Source: an uncultured bacterium (GTDB lineage: Bacteria > Gemmatimonadota > Gemmatimonadetes > Gemmatimonadales > Gemmatimonadaceae). Taken from it: 28,386 nt of DNA. Numbering within the stretch: position 1 is the first letter of the stretch; each line of letters opens with the position of its first letter. Location of the stretch: NCBI GenBank assembly GCA_963978095.1, contig CAXBQP010000040.1, positions 1 to 28,386 of the forward strand, read 5' to 3'. Under the pieces are notes generated by a model. That model had not been told where the DNA came from, ran no database searches, and was given only the letters and a program-made list of their open reading frames with translations. Shown here piece after piece: positions 17,928 through 27,623 of the stretch. The translations under genes and the position numbers were made by a program.

Positions 17928-19226
17928 CTATCGAGCCGACGAACGTCCGACGAGCGATTCGACGAGCACGGCCGATCGCTCCGCGGCACCGAGTCCGGAC
18001 GAGACGAGCCCGAGCGCGCGCCGCCCCGCCTCGCGTCGTGCGGGCTCGTCACCGAACAGCCGCACGAGCTGCGTCGCGAGCGCATCCGCCGAGCTCGCCT
18101 GGAATCCGCCGCCGATATTCAACAACAGCTCAGCGTCGCGTGCATTGCGGTGTTGCGGCCCGAAGAGCACCGGAGCGCCGAAGGCGGCGGGCTCGACCAC
18201 CGAGTGCAACCCGGCGCTGTGAAATCCACCGCCCACAAAAGCCACATCGGCCAGCGCGTAGAGCTCCCCGAGCACGCCGACCCGATCCACGACGACGACA
18301 TCCGCCGTGCGTTGTGCCTCGGTGCCGAGTCGCGCCACCGAAAGCTCGAGCCCTTGTGCCGCGTCCTCGACCGGTCCGAGATGACCCGCCGTGGGCTCGT
18401 GCGGCGCGATGATCAGGCGTGCGTCCGGGACGCGTGAGCGGACCACGCGCCAGGCGGCGAGGAGTGGGGCCTCGTCGGCGGGCCAGGTGCTCCCTGCCAC
18501 GAGGGTGGGGCGCGCGCTCACGAGCGGGGCAAGGAGGGCGCTGGTGCGATCCGTCCTTTGGGCGCGCTGCGCCACTTGATCGTAGCGGGTGTCGCCGGTG
18601 ACATGAACGGCGCCGGGGCGGACCCCCATGCTGACCAGACGACGCGCGTCGGCATCGTCCACCGTGCCGACCGTGTCGAGCGAGGCGTACGCATCGCGCA
18701 GCACCCAGTCTGCCAGCCGCCCGCTGCGTGAGGAGATTCCGCTCACGGTCGCGGAGATCATCCCGAGCGGAATGCCGCGCGCTGCGGCGGACTCGGCGAG
18801 GACCGGCCAGACATCCAGCTTGCTGAAGACCAGCGCCGACGGGGCGAGCGCGTCGCACAGCGCGCCCATGTCGCGGGCGGTATCGAACGGGAGGTAGTCC
18901 GTGTAATCCACCCCGAGGGCTCGCGCGAACGATTCGGCGCTCGGGGAGAAGAAGGTGTAGACGACCTGCCACTCGGGGTGACGGGTGCGCAGCGTGTCGA
19001 GCACCGGTCGCGCCTGCAACCCTTCGCCGACCGAGGGGGCGTGCATCCAGAGGAGCGGGCGGCGGCGGTCGCGGCCCGCCGCCGCCCAGTGGGTGAAGCG
19101 TTGCGTGACGCCGCGCCGGACGTGCAGCGAGGTCCGGAGTTTTCCGCGCCCCGCCGGGGTGAGGGTCGCGACCGCAGCCGCGAGGCGGGCGGCGAATGCG
19201 TAGGGCGCGCGCGCGATCGGCTTCAC
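17928..19226 (-). CDS. waaA: 3-deoxy-D-manno-octulosonic acid (Kdo) transferase
   Basis: WMHAPSVGE, YTFFSPS, YLPFD, GDTRYD, VAGSTW, IIAPHEP, AFVGGGF...HSVVEPAAFG. Start approximate (GTG 19226). Confidence 0.9.
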   Translation of the reverse strand: MKPIARAPYAFAARLAAAVATLTPAGRGKLRTSLHVRRGVTQRFTHWAAAGRDRRRPLLWMHAPSVGEGLQARPVLDTLRTRHPEWQVVYTFFSPSAESFARALGVDYTDYLPFDTARDMGALCDALAPSALVFSKLDVWPVLAESAAARGIPLGMISATVSGISSRSGRLADWVLRDAYASLDTVGTVDDADARRLVSMGVRPGAVHVTGDTRYDQVAQRAQRTDRTSALLAPLVSARPTLVAGSTWPADEAPLLAAWRVVRSRVPDARLIIAPHEPTAGHLGPVEDAAQGLELSVARLGTEAQRTADVVVVDRVGVLGELYALADVAFVGGGFHSAGLHSVVEPAAFGAPVLFGPQHRNARDAELLLNIGGGFQASSADALATQLVRLFGDEPARREAGRRALGLVSSGLGAAERSAVLVESLVGRSSAR

Positions 19227-19269
19227 GGCATGTGCCTGGAGTCGGGCGAGGCGGGCGTCGTGGTGGGGG

Positions 19270-19950
19270 CTATTTCTTGGCGGCGGCGATGGCGGCGTCG
19301 ATCGCCTTGCGGAAGTCCGCGACGGGATACGCCCCCTCGAGTTTCGTGCCGCCGATGAAGAAGGTCGGCGTGGACTGGACGCCGGAGGCGCGGGCGCGTT
19401 CCATGTCGGCTTGAATGAGCGTCTTGGTGGCGGAACTCTCGGAGCAGCTCTTCTGCGCCGCGGCCTTGACGCCAACGGCAACGGCCAGGGAGTCGAGGTA
19501 GGCGCGCGGATTGGCGATCTTCTCCCAGATCGCCTGGGTATCGAACAGTTTGTCGTGCATCTCCCAGAACTTCCCCTGGGCCGAGGCGCACATGGCCGCG
19601 ATGGCCGCCGGCATGGCGTTGGCGTGCATGGAGAGGGGGAGATTGAGATAGGCGAGCCGGATCTTCCCGGAATCGACGTACTCCTTCTTGATGGTGCCGA
19701 AGGTTTCGTCGTGGAATTTCTTGCACCAGGGGCACTGGAAGTCGGACACTTCGACAAGCCAGATGCTGGCCGTGGGGTTGCCGGCGACCCGCCCCTTGTC
19801 GGCGGCAGTCACGAGCGCGGAGTCCTGGGGGGCGACTGGGCGGGGGCTTTGCGCGCCGAGGAGGGTCGGGCGCGCAGCGCCCGGGAGGGCGCCGGCCAGG
19901 GCACTGATGAGGAGGGCGGCGGGGAGCAGGGAGAGCAGGCGGGTGCGCAT
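19270..19950 (-). CDS. DsbA-family thiol:disulfide oxidoreductase (Thioredoxin_4 type), exported
   Basis: Signal peptide, SDFQCPWC active site, QGKFWEMHDKLF, cis-Pro GVQSTPTFFI. Confidence 0.92.
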   Translation of the reverse strand: MRTRLLSLLPAALLISALAGALPGAARPTLLGAQSPRPVAPQDSALVTAADKGRVAGNPTASIWLVEVSDFQCPWCKKFHDETFGTIKKEYVDSGKIRLAYLNLPLSMHANAMPAAIAAMCASAQGKFWEMHDKLFDTQAIWEKIANPRAYLDSLAVAVGVKAAAQKSCSESSATKTLIQADMERARASGVQSTPTFFIGGTKLEGAYPVADFRKAIDAAIAAAKK

Positions 19951-20266
19951 GATCGACGGTCGGAAGAGGGAGCGAGCTTGTGGCTTATATAAGGGGCTGG
20001 AGGGCAGGAGGGGGAGGGGGGCGTCACGGATCCAGATTGTCTCAGTGCGGAGATGACGGAACAAATGTGTCAAGCGGGGGTTGCGCGGATGGACGTCAGG
20101 TGGTGAAACTAGTATTGCTACAGGAATGTGACGCCGGGCGACCCCGCCGGGTATTGCGCATTGGTACATGTAGTCCAGCAGTCCCCCCGAGCATGTCTCG
20201 GACGCCGTACCCGGAAGTTCGGCAGTGAGAGTCCCCACTTTTCCACCTTCAGTAAGAGGGAACGCG

Positions 20267-23200
20267 ATGCAAAAGAGTACTCGGTTGCGGTGGTGGTTGA
20301 CCGCGGTACTGGCACTCGTCGCAATGGTGCCGGCGACGCTGTTCGCCCAGAGCGCAACGATCACCGGCAAGGTGACCAATGCGAATGGCGAACCGCTTCT
20401 CGCCGCCAATGTGACGATCGACGCTTTGACAGTGTCGCAGGGCACGAATGCCTCGGGCCAGTATACGATTGTGATCCCTGGTGCCCGTGTCACGGGTCAG
20501 CAGGTGATGTTGCGCGTCCGCGCGATCGGGTATGCCCCGGTGGCGAAGGCCATCACGTTGTCTGCCGGGTCGCAGACGCAGGACTTCCAGCTGAAGGAAG
20601 ACGTCAACAAGCTGAGCCAGGTCGTGGTGACCGGCGTGACGGCGGGGACGGAGCAGAAGAAGCTGCCGTTCACCGTGGCGCAGGTCAGCGACAAGGACAT
20701 GCCCGTCCCGGGCGGCAACGCGATCACGCAGCTCCAGGGCAAGGTGCCGGGCGCGAACATCGTGTCGCAGTCGGGTCGCCCGGGCTCGACTCCGTCGATC
20801 ATTCTGCGTGGACCGCAGTCGATCAACGCGTCGGGCCGTGGCCAGGACCCGCTGTTCATCGTGGACGGCGTGATCGTGATCGGCTCGCTGCCGGACATCA
20901 ACCCGAACGACATCGAGAACGTCGAAGTCGTCAAGGGTGCCGCGGCGGCCTCGCTGTACGGATCGCGCGCCGGGTACGGCGTCATCAACATCACGACCAA
21001 GTCGGGGAAGAGCACCGGCGAGGGCGTGCGTTTCACGACGCGTGTTGAAGGCGGCGCGAGCGACATCGAAGGCAAGTACAAGTCGGCGAAGGCCAGCTCG
21101 ATGATCTACGGACCGGATCACCAGCGCGTCTGCCAGAACACGCAGGGCTCGACGCTGCCGGTGGCGACGCTCCAGAACTGCCAAGCGACGGTCAACCTGT
21201 ATGACGAAGCGCTGCGCGTGAACGAGCAGGGCGGCGATTACGCGCTGAACCCGGTGCTCTTCATGGGCGACTACGGCATTTCGTCGGCGCCGAGCAAGGC
21301 TGGGCTTCGCGGGTACTTCCAGGTCAACAAGTTCCCGACCGTGTATGACCCGGTCGCCCAGATCATCACCAACGGGCCGTTCCTGAACGCCAGCGTCGAC
21401 ATGACGGGCAAGTTCAACCGCTCGAACTTCTTCGCCTCGGTGGGCAACTTCTACCAGGAAGGGTCGATGCGGTTCCTTGACGGCTTCCGCCGCAAGTCGC
21501 TCCGCCTCAACATCGACAACACGCTCGGTGGCAACTGGACCTTCTCGTCGCGTGCCTACTACGCGAACGTCTGGTCGGACGGCAACGGCTCGCCGGCCTC
21601 GCTCGGCCTGACGCGTCAGCCGGCGTTCGTCGACTTGCTCCGCAAGGACAAGTTCGGCCGTCTGTTCATCCGTACGACGGTCACGGCGCAGGGGAGCCAG
21701 AACACCAACCCGTTGTACACGGCGTCGTACTATCTTGCCGACAACAACTCGGACCGCTTCACCGGCCAGATGGCGGTGCGGTGGCAGCCGTTCACGTGGC
21801 TCGACGGCGAGTGGAATTTTGGTTACGACCGCAGCAACTATCAGGGCATGGGCTACAGCGACAAGGGGCTCGCCCGCTCGTCGACGACCTACACCTCGGT
21901 CGGTAGCGCTAGCCGTTCGGATTCGTGGGACCAGTCGTACAACACGGCGTTCAACCTCACGGCCCGCAAGGACCTCCTGAGCGACCTGACCGCCCGCCTC
22001 ACCGCCCGCGCGCTCTATGAGCAGCAGGACGGCACGAGCGACGCGCACAGCTGCTCGATCCTCGTGGTGTCGGGTCTGCACACGACCAACGCCTGCGTGA
22101 TCGGCACGACGAACGTCCCGGGCATCGGCTCGAGCGACTACTCGACGCGTCAGATCGGTCTGTTCGCCGGCATCGATCTCGAGTGGAAGGAGCGCTACAT
22201 CCTGGGCGGCCTGTTCCGTCGCGACGGTTCGTCGCTGTTCGGCGCATCGAGCCGCTGGAAGAGCTACGGCCGCGGTTCGTTCGCGTATCGCGTGTCGGAA
22301 GAAAAGTGGTGGCCGGCCAAGAAGTTCCTCAACGACTTCAAGCTCCGTGCCTCGCTCGGTCAGGCGGGCAACCGCCCGAACCAGACTGCGCAGTACGAGA
22401 CGTACAGCATCGGCTCGGGCGGCGTCTTGTCGCCGAACGTGCTCGGCAACCGCAACCTGCGTCCTGAGGTCTCCACGGAGACCGAGCTCGGCTTCGATGC
22501 CGAGATCATGAGCAAGTACGGCCTGACGGTCACCAAGGCCCGCTCGGTGGTGGACGACCAGATCCTGAACGTCCCGGTCGCTGCGGCGGCGGGTTTCAAC
22601 AGCGTCTGGAAGAACGCGGGCCAGCTGACCAACAACACGTGGGAAGCGTCGTTGAACATCCCGATCGTCGAGAAGCGTGACTTCACGTGGACGGCGCGCG
22701 TGAACTACGATCGCACCACGTCGGTGATCACCCGCCTGGACGTGAACCCGTACTTCGTGACGGCCGCGGGCCAGCAGGGATCGGAGTCGATGTTCCAGGT
22801 CAAGCAGGGCGAGGTGTACGGCACGATCTACGGCCGTCGCTTCATCACCCAGTGCTCGCAGTTCCCGGTCGCCTACCAGAGCCGTTGCGGCGACGGGCTT
22901 GAGTGGCAGAAGAACAACGAGGGGTACATCGTGTGGGTCGGCGCTGGCAACAAGCAGAGCGAAGGCATCACGCGCAACCTCTGGATGTCGCAGACCCAGA
23001 ACGTGGGGACCTGCAACGATTCGCCGTGGGGTTGCACGACCAACGTGTACAGCAGCTGGGGCATGCCGATCATCCTCCGTGACACCGCCGCGGCCTCGTT
23101 CGGCACGGCGACGCTCACCAAGAACGGTTCGGCGCTCCCGGATTACCGCTGGTCGCTCGGCCAGAACTTCCAGTACAAGAAGCTCTCCGTGTACGCGCTG

Positions 23201-23650
23201 TTCGACGCGGTCAAGGGCAACAACATCTGGAACGAAGAGCGTCAGTGGTCCTACGGCGACCTGATGCACGAGGACGTCGACCAGTACAACAAGACGGTTG
23301 CGACCGCCAAGCCGATCGGCTACTACTGGCGCAACAACACCGAGAACACGGCCGGCGTCGGCGGGCTGTACGACATTCTCGGACCGTCGAGCCGCACGGT
23401 GGAAGATGCGTCGTACATCAAGCTCCGCGAAGTCAGCGTGGGCTACCGTTTCGGCAAGATCGCCGGCCGCGGAGACTGGACGCTGTCGCTCGTGGGCCGC
23501 AACATCAAGACGTGGACCAACTACAACGGCTTCGATCCTGAGGTCGGTCTGTCGGGCGGCACCAACGGCTCGGGCGCGCTGAACGCGATCGACGCTTACA
23601 CCTTCCCGAACCTCCGTACGTTCACCCTGACGCTCACCACGAGCTTCTGA
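20267..23650 (+). CDS. SusC/RagA-family TonB-dependent outer-membrane transporter
   Basis: Signal peptide, TonB box LSQVVVTG, plug PLFIVDGV...INPNDIENVEVVKGAAAASLYGSRA, C-terminal FPNLRTFTLTLTTSF. Confidence 0.95.
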   Translation: MQKSTRLRWWLTAVLALVAMVPATLFAQSATITGKVTNANGEPLLAANVTIDALTVSQGTNASGQYTIVIPGARVTGQQVMLRVRAIGYAPVAKAITLSAGSQTQDFQLKEDVNKLSQVVVTGVTAGTEQKKLPFTVAQVSDKDMPVPGGNAITQLQGKVPGANIVSQSGRPGSTPSIILRGPQSINASGRGQDPLFIVDGVIVIGSLPDINPNDIENVEVVKGAAAASLYGSRAGYGVINITTKSGKSTGEGVRFTTRVEGGASDIEGKYKSAKASSMIYGPDHQRVCQNTQGSTLPVATLQNCQATVNLYDEALRVNEQGGDYALNPVLFMGDYGISSAPSKAGLRGYFQVNKFPTVYDPVAQIITNGPFLNASVDMTGKFNRSNFFASVGNFYQEGSMRFLDGFRRKSLRLNIDNTLGGNWTFSSRAYYANVWSDGNGSPASLGLTRQPAFVDLLRKDKFGRLFIRTTVTAQGSQNTNPLYTASYYLADNNSDRFTGQMAVRWQPFTWLDGEWNFGYDRSNYQGMGYSDKGLARSSTTYTSVGSASRSDSWDQSYNTAFNLTARKDLLSDLTARLTARALYEQQDGTSDAHSCSILVVSGLHTTNACVIGTTNVPGIGSSDYSTRQIGLFAGIDLEWKERYILGGLFRRDGSSLFGASSRWKSYGRGSFAYRVSEEKWWPAKKFLNDFKLRASLGQAGNRPNQTAQYETYSIGSGGVLSPNVLGNRNLRPEVSTETELGFDAEIMSKYGLTVTKARSVVDDQILNVPVAAAAGFNSVWKNAGQLTNNTWEASLNIPIVEKRDFTWTARVNYDRTTSVITRLDVNPYFVTAAGQQGSESMFQVKQGEVYGTIYGRRFITQCSQFPVAYQSRCGDGLEWQKNNEGYIVWVGAGNKQSEGITRNLWMSQTQNVGTCNDSPWGCTTNVYSSWGMPIILRDTAAASFGTATLTKNGSALPDYRWSLGQNFQYKKLSVYALFDAVKGNNIWNEERQWSYGDLMHEDVDQYNKTVATAKPIGYYWRNNTENTAGVGGLYDILGPSSRTVEDASYIKLREVSVGYRFGKIAGRGDWTLSLVGRNIKTWTNYNGFDPEVGLSGGTNGSGALNAIDAYTFPNLRTFTLTLTTSF

Positions 23651-23656
23651 TCGCTC

Positions 23657-23694
23657 GCGGGGGTGCCCGTTGGATGGTCAACGGGCTCCCCTGC
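23657..23694 (+). other. Intercistronic hairpin between susC and susD (mRNA stability/attenuation candidate)
   Basis: Core stem GCCCGTTG/CAACGGGC extended by GGGG/CCCC. Confidence 0.45.
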
Positions 23695-23711
23695 ATCCCC
23701 CACGAGGACTA

Positions 23712-25409
23712 ATGATGCGAAAGAGTCTTATCCGGGCGGTCGCGATCGCACCGCTGACCCTGCTGTTCGCAGCCGGGTGCAAGAAGGAAGTTCTGACCGT
23801 GCTCAACACCAACAGCCCTGACGTGGTCCGTGTGTACAGCACGGCCGCCTCGGTTGAGGGCGTGGTGCAGGGCCTCGGCAGCCAGTTCTGGAGCGGATTC
23901 CAGGGCAGTTCCGAAGGCATGAATGTGCAGTCGAAGAACATCGCGCTCGAGACCTACGGATCGGTCGCGAACTTCGGCATGAACACGCGCAATGCCATCC
24001 CGCGTTCGGCGATCAACAACGATCGCGGCAACTCGGTGCAGGCGGGGAACATCCGCGATTTCTCGACCTTCTCGAAGGTCTCGCGCAATGCCACGACGTC
24101 CATTCAGGCGCTCGATCGTCTGATTGCGGCGGCCAAGGCCGCGGGCGCGAACAATGCACTCGGCTCGCCGGCGCAGGACGCGCGCGCTCGGGCCTTCGCG
24201 TTCTTCATCAATGGCGCGTCGCTCGGTTACCTCGCGATGGCGTACGACTCGGCGGCGATCGTGACCCCGAGCGTCCCGTCGGACGTGGTGCCGGACCTCG
24301 CGTTCTATCCGGACGTGGCCACGGCTGGCCTTGCGCTGATGGACTCGGCCATTGCCATCACGACCAGCGCCAACGCCTCGAGCGGGGCGAACGGATTCCC
24401 GCTGCCGAGCACCTGGTTCAACGGGTTGGCGCTGACGCAGGCGCAGTTCGTGCAGTTCATCAAGGCTCACCAAGCGCGGATCCGTGCGGGCATTGCCCGT
24501 ACCCCGACCGAGCGTGCGGCGGTGAACTGGACGCAGGTGATCGCGGATGCCAATGCTGCGGCCGCGTACGGCGATTTCGTCGTCACGATCGGCACCGGCT
24601 GGGGTTGCGCGTACGACTGCTCGCAGATGGAAGTGTCGGCGGGGTGGGGTGAAATCAGCCCCATGTACTCGTTCATGGCGGACACCTCCGGCGCGTACAG
24701 TGCGTGGCTGGCCACGAACATCTTCAGCCGCAACTCCGCGATCCTCGTGGTCACGCCCGACACGCGTTGGCCGCAGGGTGCAACGCGTACGGCGCAGCAG
24801 ACCAACAGTCCGCTGCCGAGCACGACCCGCTTCATCACCAACCGCAGTGCGGGGGGTGACGTGAGCGGCGACGTGTGGGGCACATCGTTCTACGATCACA
24901 CCCGCTGGTACGCGCTGGCCAAGATCGCGCCGGTCGGCCAGGGGCCGTACACGTACATCGACAAGCAGGAGATGAACATGCTGGCCGCGGAGGGTTACAT
25001 CCGCACCGGCAACTTGGCCTCGGCCACGACGTTGATCAATGCGTCGCGTGCAACGGCCGGTCTTCCGGCCATCACGACGCCGGCCAGCGCGACGGCGACG
25101 ATCACGGGTACGTTCAGCGCCACGGGTTGCGTCCCGCAGGTGCCGAACGCGACCGGGACTGCGGCCGCGTGCGGCAACATCCTGGAAGCGATGAAGTACG
25201 AGAAGCGCATGCAGACGCAGCACACGGGTTACATGCAGTGGTTCGTGGACAGCCGTGGATGGGGTGACCTCGTCGTAGGCTCCGCGCTGCAGTGGCCGGT
25301 GCCGAACGGCGAGATGGACGCCCGCGTGCATCCGTTCTACAACAGCGACAAGTCCAAGGTCGTCGGTGGCGGGCTCGCCATCGCCGCCAAGGGTACGTAC
25401 GGCTTCTAG
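23712..25409 (+). CDS. RagB/SusD-family lipoprotein
   Basis: GAGGA RBS, lipobox AAGC, QEMNMLAAEG, YEKRMQ...WFVDSRGWG...WPVPNGE; directly downstream of susC. Confidence 0.85.
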   Translation: MMRKSLIRAVAIAPLTLLFAAGCKKEVLTVLNTNSPDVVRVYSTAASVEGVVQGLGSQFWSGFQGSSEGMNVQSKNIALETYGSVANFGMNTRNAIPRSAINNDRGNSVQAGNIRDFSTFSKVSRNATTSIQALDRLIAAAKAAGANNALGSPAQDARARAFAFFINGASLGYLAMAYDSAAIVTPSVPSDVVPDLAFYPDVATAGLALMDSAIAITTSANASSGANGFPLPSTWFNGLALTQAQFVQFIKAHQARIRAGIARTPTERAAVNWTQVIADANAAAAYGDFVVTIGTGWGCAYDCSQMEVSAGWGEISPMYSFMADTSGAYSAWLATNIFSRNSAILVVTPDTRWPQGATRTAQQTNSPLPSTTRFITNRSAGGDVSGDVWGTSFYDHTRWYALAKIAPVGQGPYTYIDKQEMNMLAAEGYIRTGNLASATTLINASRATAGLPAITTPASATATITGTFSATGCVPQVPNATGTAAACGNILEAMKYEKRMQTQHTGYMQWFVDSRGWGDLVVGSALQWPVPNGEMDARVHPFYNSDKSKVVGGGLAIAAKGTYGF

Positions 25410-25885
25410 TGGTTCGTTTCCGGAAGCTCGGTGGGTTTCTGGCGACATTCGCGTTGCTGCTGCAAGGGTGCTACGAGTCGTTGCCTTTGCAGCAGGGCGT
25501 CGCCCCGACGGACAAGCAGATTGAGTTCGTGTTGAGCGATGCCGGGCGGGTGGCGCTGGCTCCGAAGCTGGGGGCAGCGGTCGAGAAGGTCCGCGGAAAC
25601 ATCATTGCAGTGGATGGAGAGTCGTACACGATGACGGTGACACAGGTTCTGCAGTACGGCGGCGTTTCCGCCACGTGGAATGGCGAGAGGGTCGTTGTAC
25701 TCAAGGGACACACGGTGGGCTTCCAGGTCCGCCAGTTGGATAAGACGAGATCCGCGTTGCTTGCTGGCGCGGTGATCGTTGGAATCGGGGCTCTGTTCTT
25801 CGGGAAGTCGCTGTTCGGGTCGGGCACGGATGTCGCCCCCTCGACCGGCACCGGTAGCCAGAGCTTGACCGGAAGCTTGCACTAA
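25409..25885 (+). CDS. Hypothetical lipoprotein with C-terminal transmembrane helix
   Basis: GTG overlaps the susD stop; lipobox LQGC; hydrophobic SALLAGAVIVGIGALFFG near the C-terminus. Confidence 0.7.
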   Translation: MVRFRKLGGFLATFALLLQGCYESLPLQQGVAPTDKQIEFVLSDAGRVALAPKLGAAVEKVRGNIIAVDGESYTMTVTQVLQYGGVSATWNGERVVVLKGHTVGFQVRQLDKTRSALLAGAVIVGIGALFFGKSLFGSGTDVAPSTGTGSQSLTGSLH

Positions 25886-25938
25886 CCAGCGGCAGAACAC
25901 CGCCTCCTACTTTTTCTCACCAGTCTGGAGCCAGCCAG

Positions 25939-26796
25939 ATGCGATTTCAGCGTCAACTTCTCATTGCTCTCGCCACAACCGTCGTCGCCGCCTGCGCGAA
26001 GGACGTGAAGGGCGTCAGCAACGTCGGCGATATCCCGCCGCTCGCGTACGTCCGTTACTTGAACGCGGTCTCTGATACGCTCGGGACGGATTTCCGTTCG
26101 ATCGATCATCTCACCTACGCCCAGCCGTTCCTCGCCACGCCGTACCGCGCGATGGGATACGGTGGGTACCAGGGCTACGCGGCCGGGTCGCACAACATCC
26201 GCGTCTTCCCGAACTCGACCAACATCGCCGTGACGTCGTCGTGGTTCGTCGACACGACCCTGACGTTCACCGCGAACACGTACTACACGATCGTGCATGT
26301 CGGCCTCGGCCGCGGCACGGGTACGGCGAAGCAGGGCCTCATGGTCTTCGCGGACACGTTCCCGGCCCAGTCGACGACGAACGTGAGCTATCGTGTGTGG
26401 AACGTTGGCAACGACCTCGGCGCGGTGGACGTCTATGCGACGGCTGCCACGACGGATGCGTTGCCGGGTACCGCCACGTTCTCGAACGTCGCCTACAAGG
26501 CCCGTTCGGCGTATGTGTCGCGTGCTGCCGGGCCGCTGGCGCTCCGCGTCTTTGCGACCGGCACCACGACGCCGGCGCTGATTTCGGCGACGATGAACAC
26601 CGGAACGGCCGGTACGACCTCGGTTGATCCGATCGGTGGCGCTGGCGTGGCCGGCACGATCGCGACGGCCATGATCTACTCCAAGACCACCTGCACCACG
26701 GCCGCGGATTGCACGGCTCGCGGCATCACGCTCGTCGCTGCTCCGAGCATCGTGTGGTGGAACGACGTTCAGCCGCCGCGTACGACCTCGCCGTAA
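25939..26796 (+). CDS. DUF4397-like lipoprotein
   Basis: GGAG RBS, lipobox VAAC, two repeats of the type AYVRYLNAVSD / SYRVWNVGNDLGAVDVY...NVAY, ANTYYTI. Confidence 0.75.
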   Translation: MRFQRQLLIALATTVVAACAKDVKGVSNVGDIPPLAYVRYLNAVSDTLGTDFRSIDHLTYAQPFLATPYRAMGYGGYQGYAAGSHNIRVFPNSTNIAVTSSWFVDTTLTFTANTYYTIVHVGLGRGTGTAKQGLMVFADTFPAQSTTNVSYRVWNVGNDLGAVDVYATAATTDALPGTATFSNVAYKARSAYVSRAAGPLALRVFATGTTTPALISATMNTGTAGTTSVDPIGGAGVAGTIATAMIYSKTTCTTAADCTARGITLVAAPSIVWWNDVQPPRTTSP

Positions 26797-26809
26797 GCCG
26801 ACGGGGCGT

Positions 26810-27619
26810 TTGCTGACGCTGTACCAGCGACTGGTGGGGCCGCCGACGGGATTTCCGTTCGGCGGCCTTGCCCGTTTCTGGGAGCACCGATACCGGCCAG
26901 CGCTCCGGGTGGCACTGCTTGTGCTGGCGACGGCGGGCGCCGTGCACGCACAGACGATCATCGGGACGATCCGTTCGCAGGATACCGAGCGTTCAGTCGC
27001 CGGTGCCAAGGTGAGTGCGTCGGACTCCCTCGGGCGGCTGTTGGCGGAAGCGACCACGGACCCGTCCGGCCGTTTTCGGATGCGCCTCCCGGGGAACCTG
27101 CCCTTCCAGATCGTCGTCAAGAAGGTGGGGTGGCGACCGTCCTCAACGGAGCTGATTCGTGGGGCGCCCGATGATACGCTGCAACTCGACCTGATGGTCC
27201 CCGCCGAACCAACGGAGATGGATGCGGTCACGGTGACCGCGAAGGGAGAAGGCAACGCGAACTCCAAGTCACTGGACGAAGCCAGGCGGCGTGGATGGAA
27301 GACCGTGATGCCCCAGGAAGTGGAGGCGCATCGGGAGCAGGCGACCAACTTCCTCGACCTGATGCGTTCCACCGGAGCCCAGGGGGTGATTCTCCCTGCG
27401 CAGCCGGACGACTGCGTGAAATCCAACCGCACCCGACGCTGTCTGACGTTCATCGTGGATGGGGTTCCCGCGGGAATCAGCATTTATCTGAATCCGCGCG
27501 ATGTCTATTTCTATTCGGTGCTGTCCTCGACGGAATCCGCAGTGATCTGGGGCGATAAAGCCCCGTGGGGAGCCATCGTGGTGGTGACCCGACAATACGG
27601 AGACCGAAAGAATCCCTGA
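26810..27619 (+). CDS. Carboxypeptidase-regulatory-like domain plus TonB plug domain protein, no beta-barrel (start uncertain)
   Basis: Signal ...AVHA|QT, GTIR...VAGAKV...TTDPSGRFRM, TonB-box-like MDAVTVTA, plug-like FIVDGV...LNPRDV...WGDKAPWGAIVVVTR, then stop. Confidence 0.75.
   Translation: MLTLYQRLVGPPTGFPFGGLARFWEHRYRPALRVALLVLATAGAVHAQTIIGTIRSQDTERSVAGAKVSASDSLGRLLAEATTDPSGRFRMRLPGNLPFQIVVKKVGWRPSSTELIRGAPDDTLQLDLMVPAEPTEMDAVTVTAKGEGNANSKSLDEARRRGWKTVMPQEVEAHREQATNFLDLMRSTGAQGVILPAQPDDCVKSNRTRRCLTFIVDGVPAGISIYLNPRDVYFYSVLSSTESAVIWGDKAPWGAIVVVTRQYGDRKNP
26838..26867 (+). terminator. Hairpin after the DUF4397 gene, possible terminator of the second sus operon
   Basis: GGCCGCCGA/TCGGCGGCC outer stem with CGG/CCG inner stem, followed by TTGCCCGTTTCT. 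Confidence 0.5.
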
Positions 27620-27623
27620 GCCG

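Noticed and set aside
19227..20493. Long N-terminal extensions on waaA and the DsbA-like ORF
   Set aside because: They overlap neighbouring genes; recognisable protein starts near 19226 and 19950.
20249..23269. Very long antisense or alternate-frame ORFs (also 8611-10914, 14862-17276, 13672-14934, 23709-25448, 6001-7776, 181-1245)
   Set aside because: They shadow well-supported genes, have Arg/Val/Asp-rich nonsense composition and are expected from strong GC3 codon bias.
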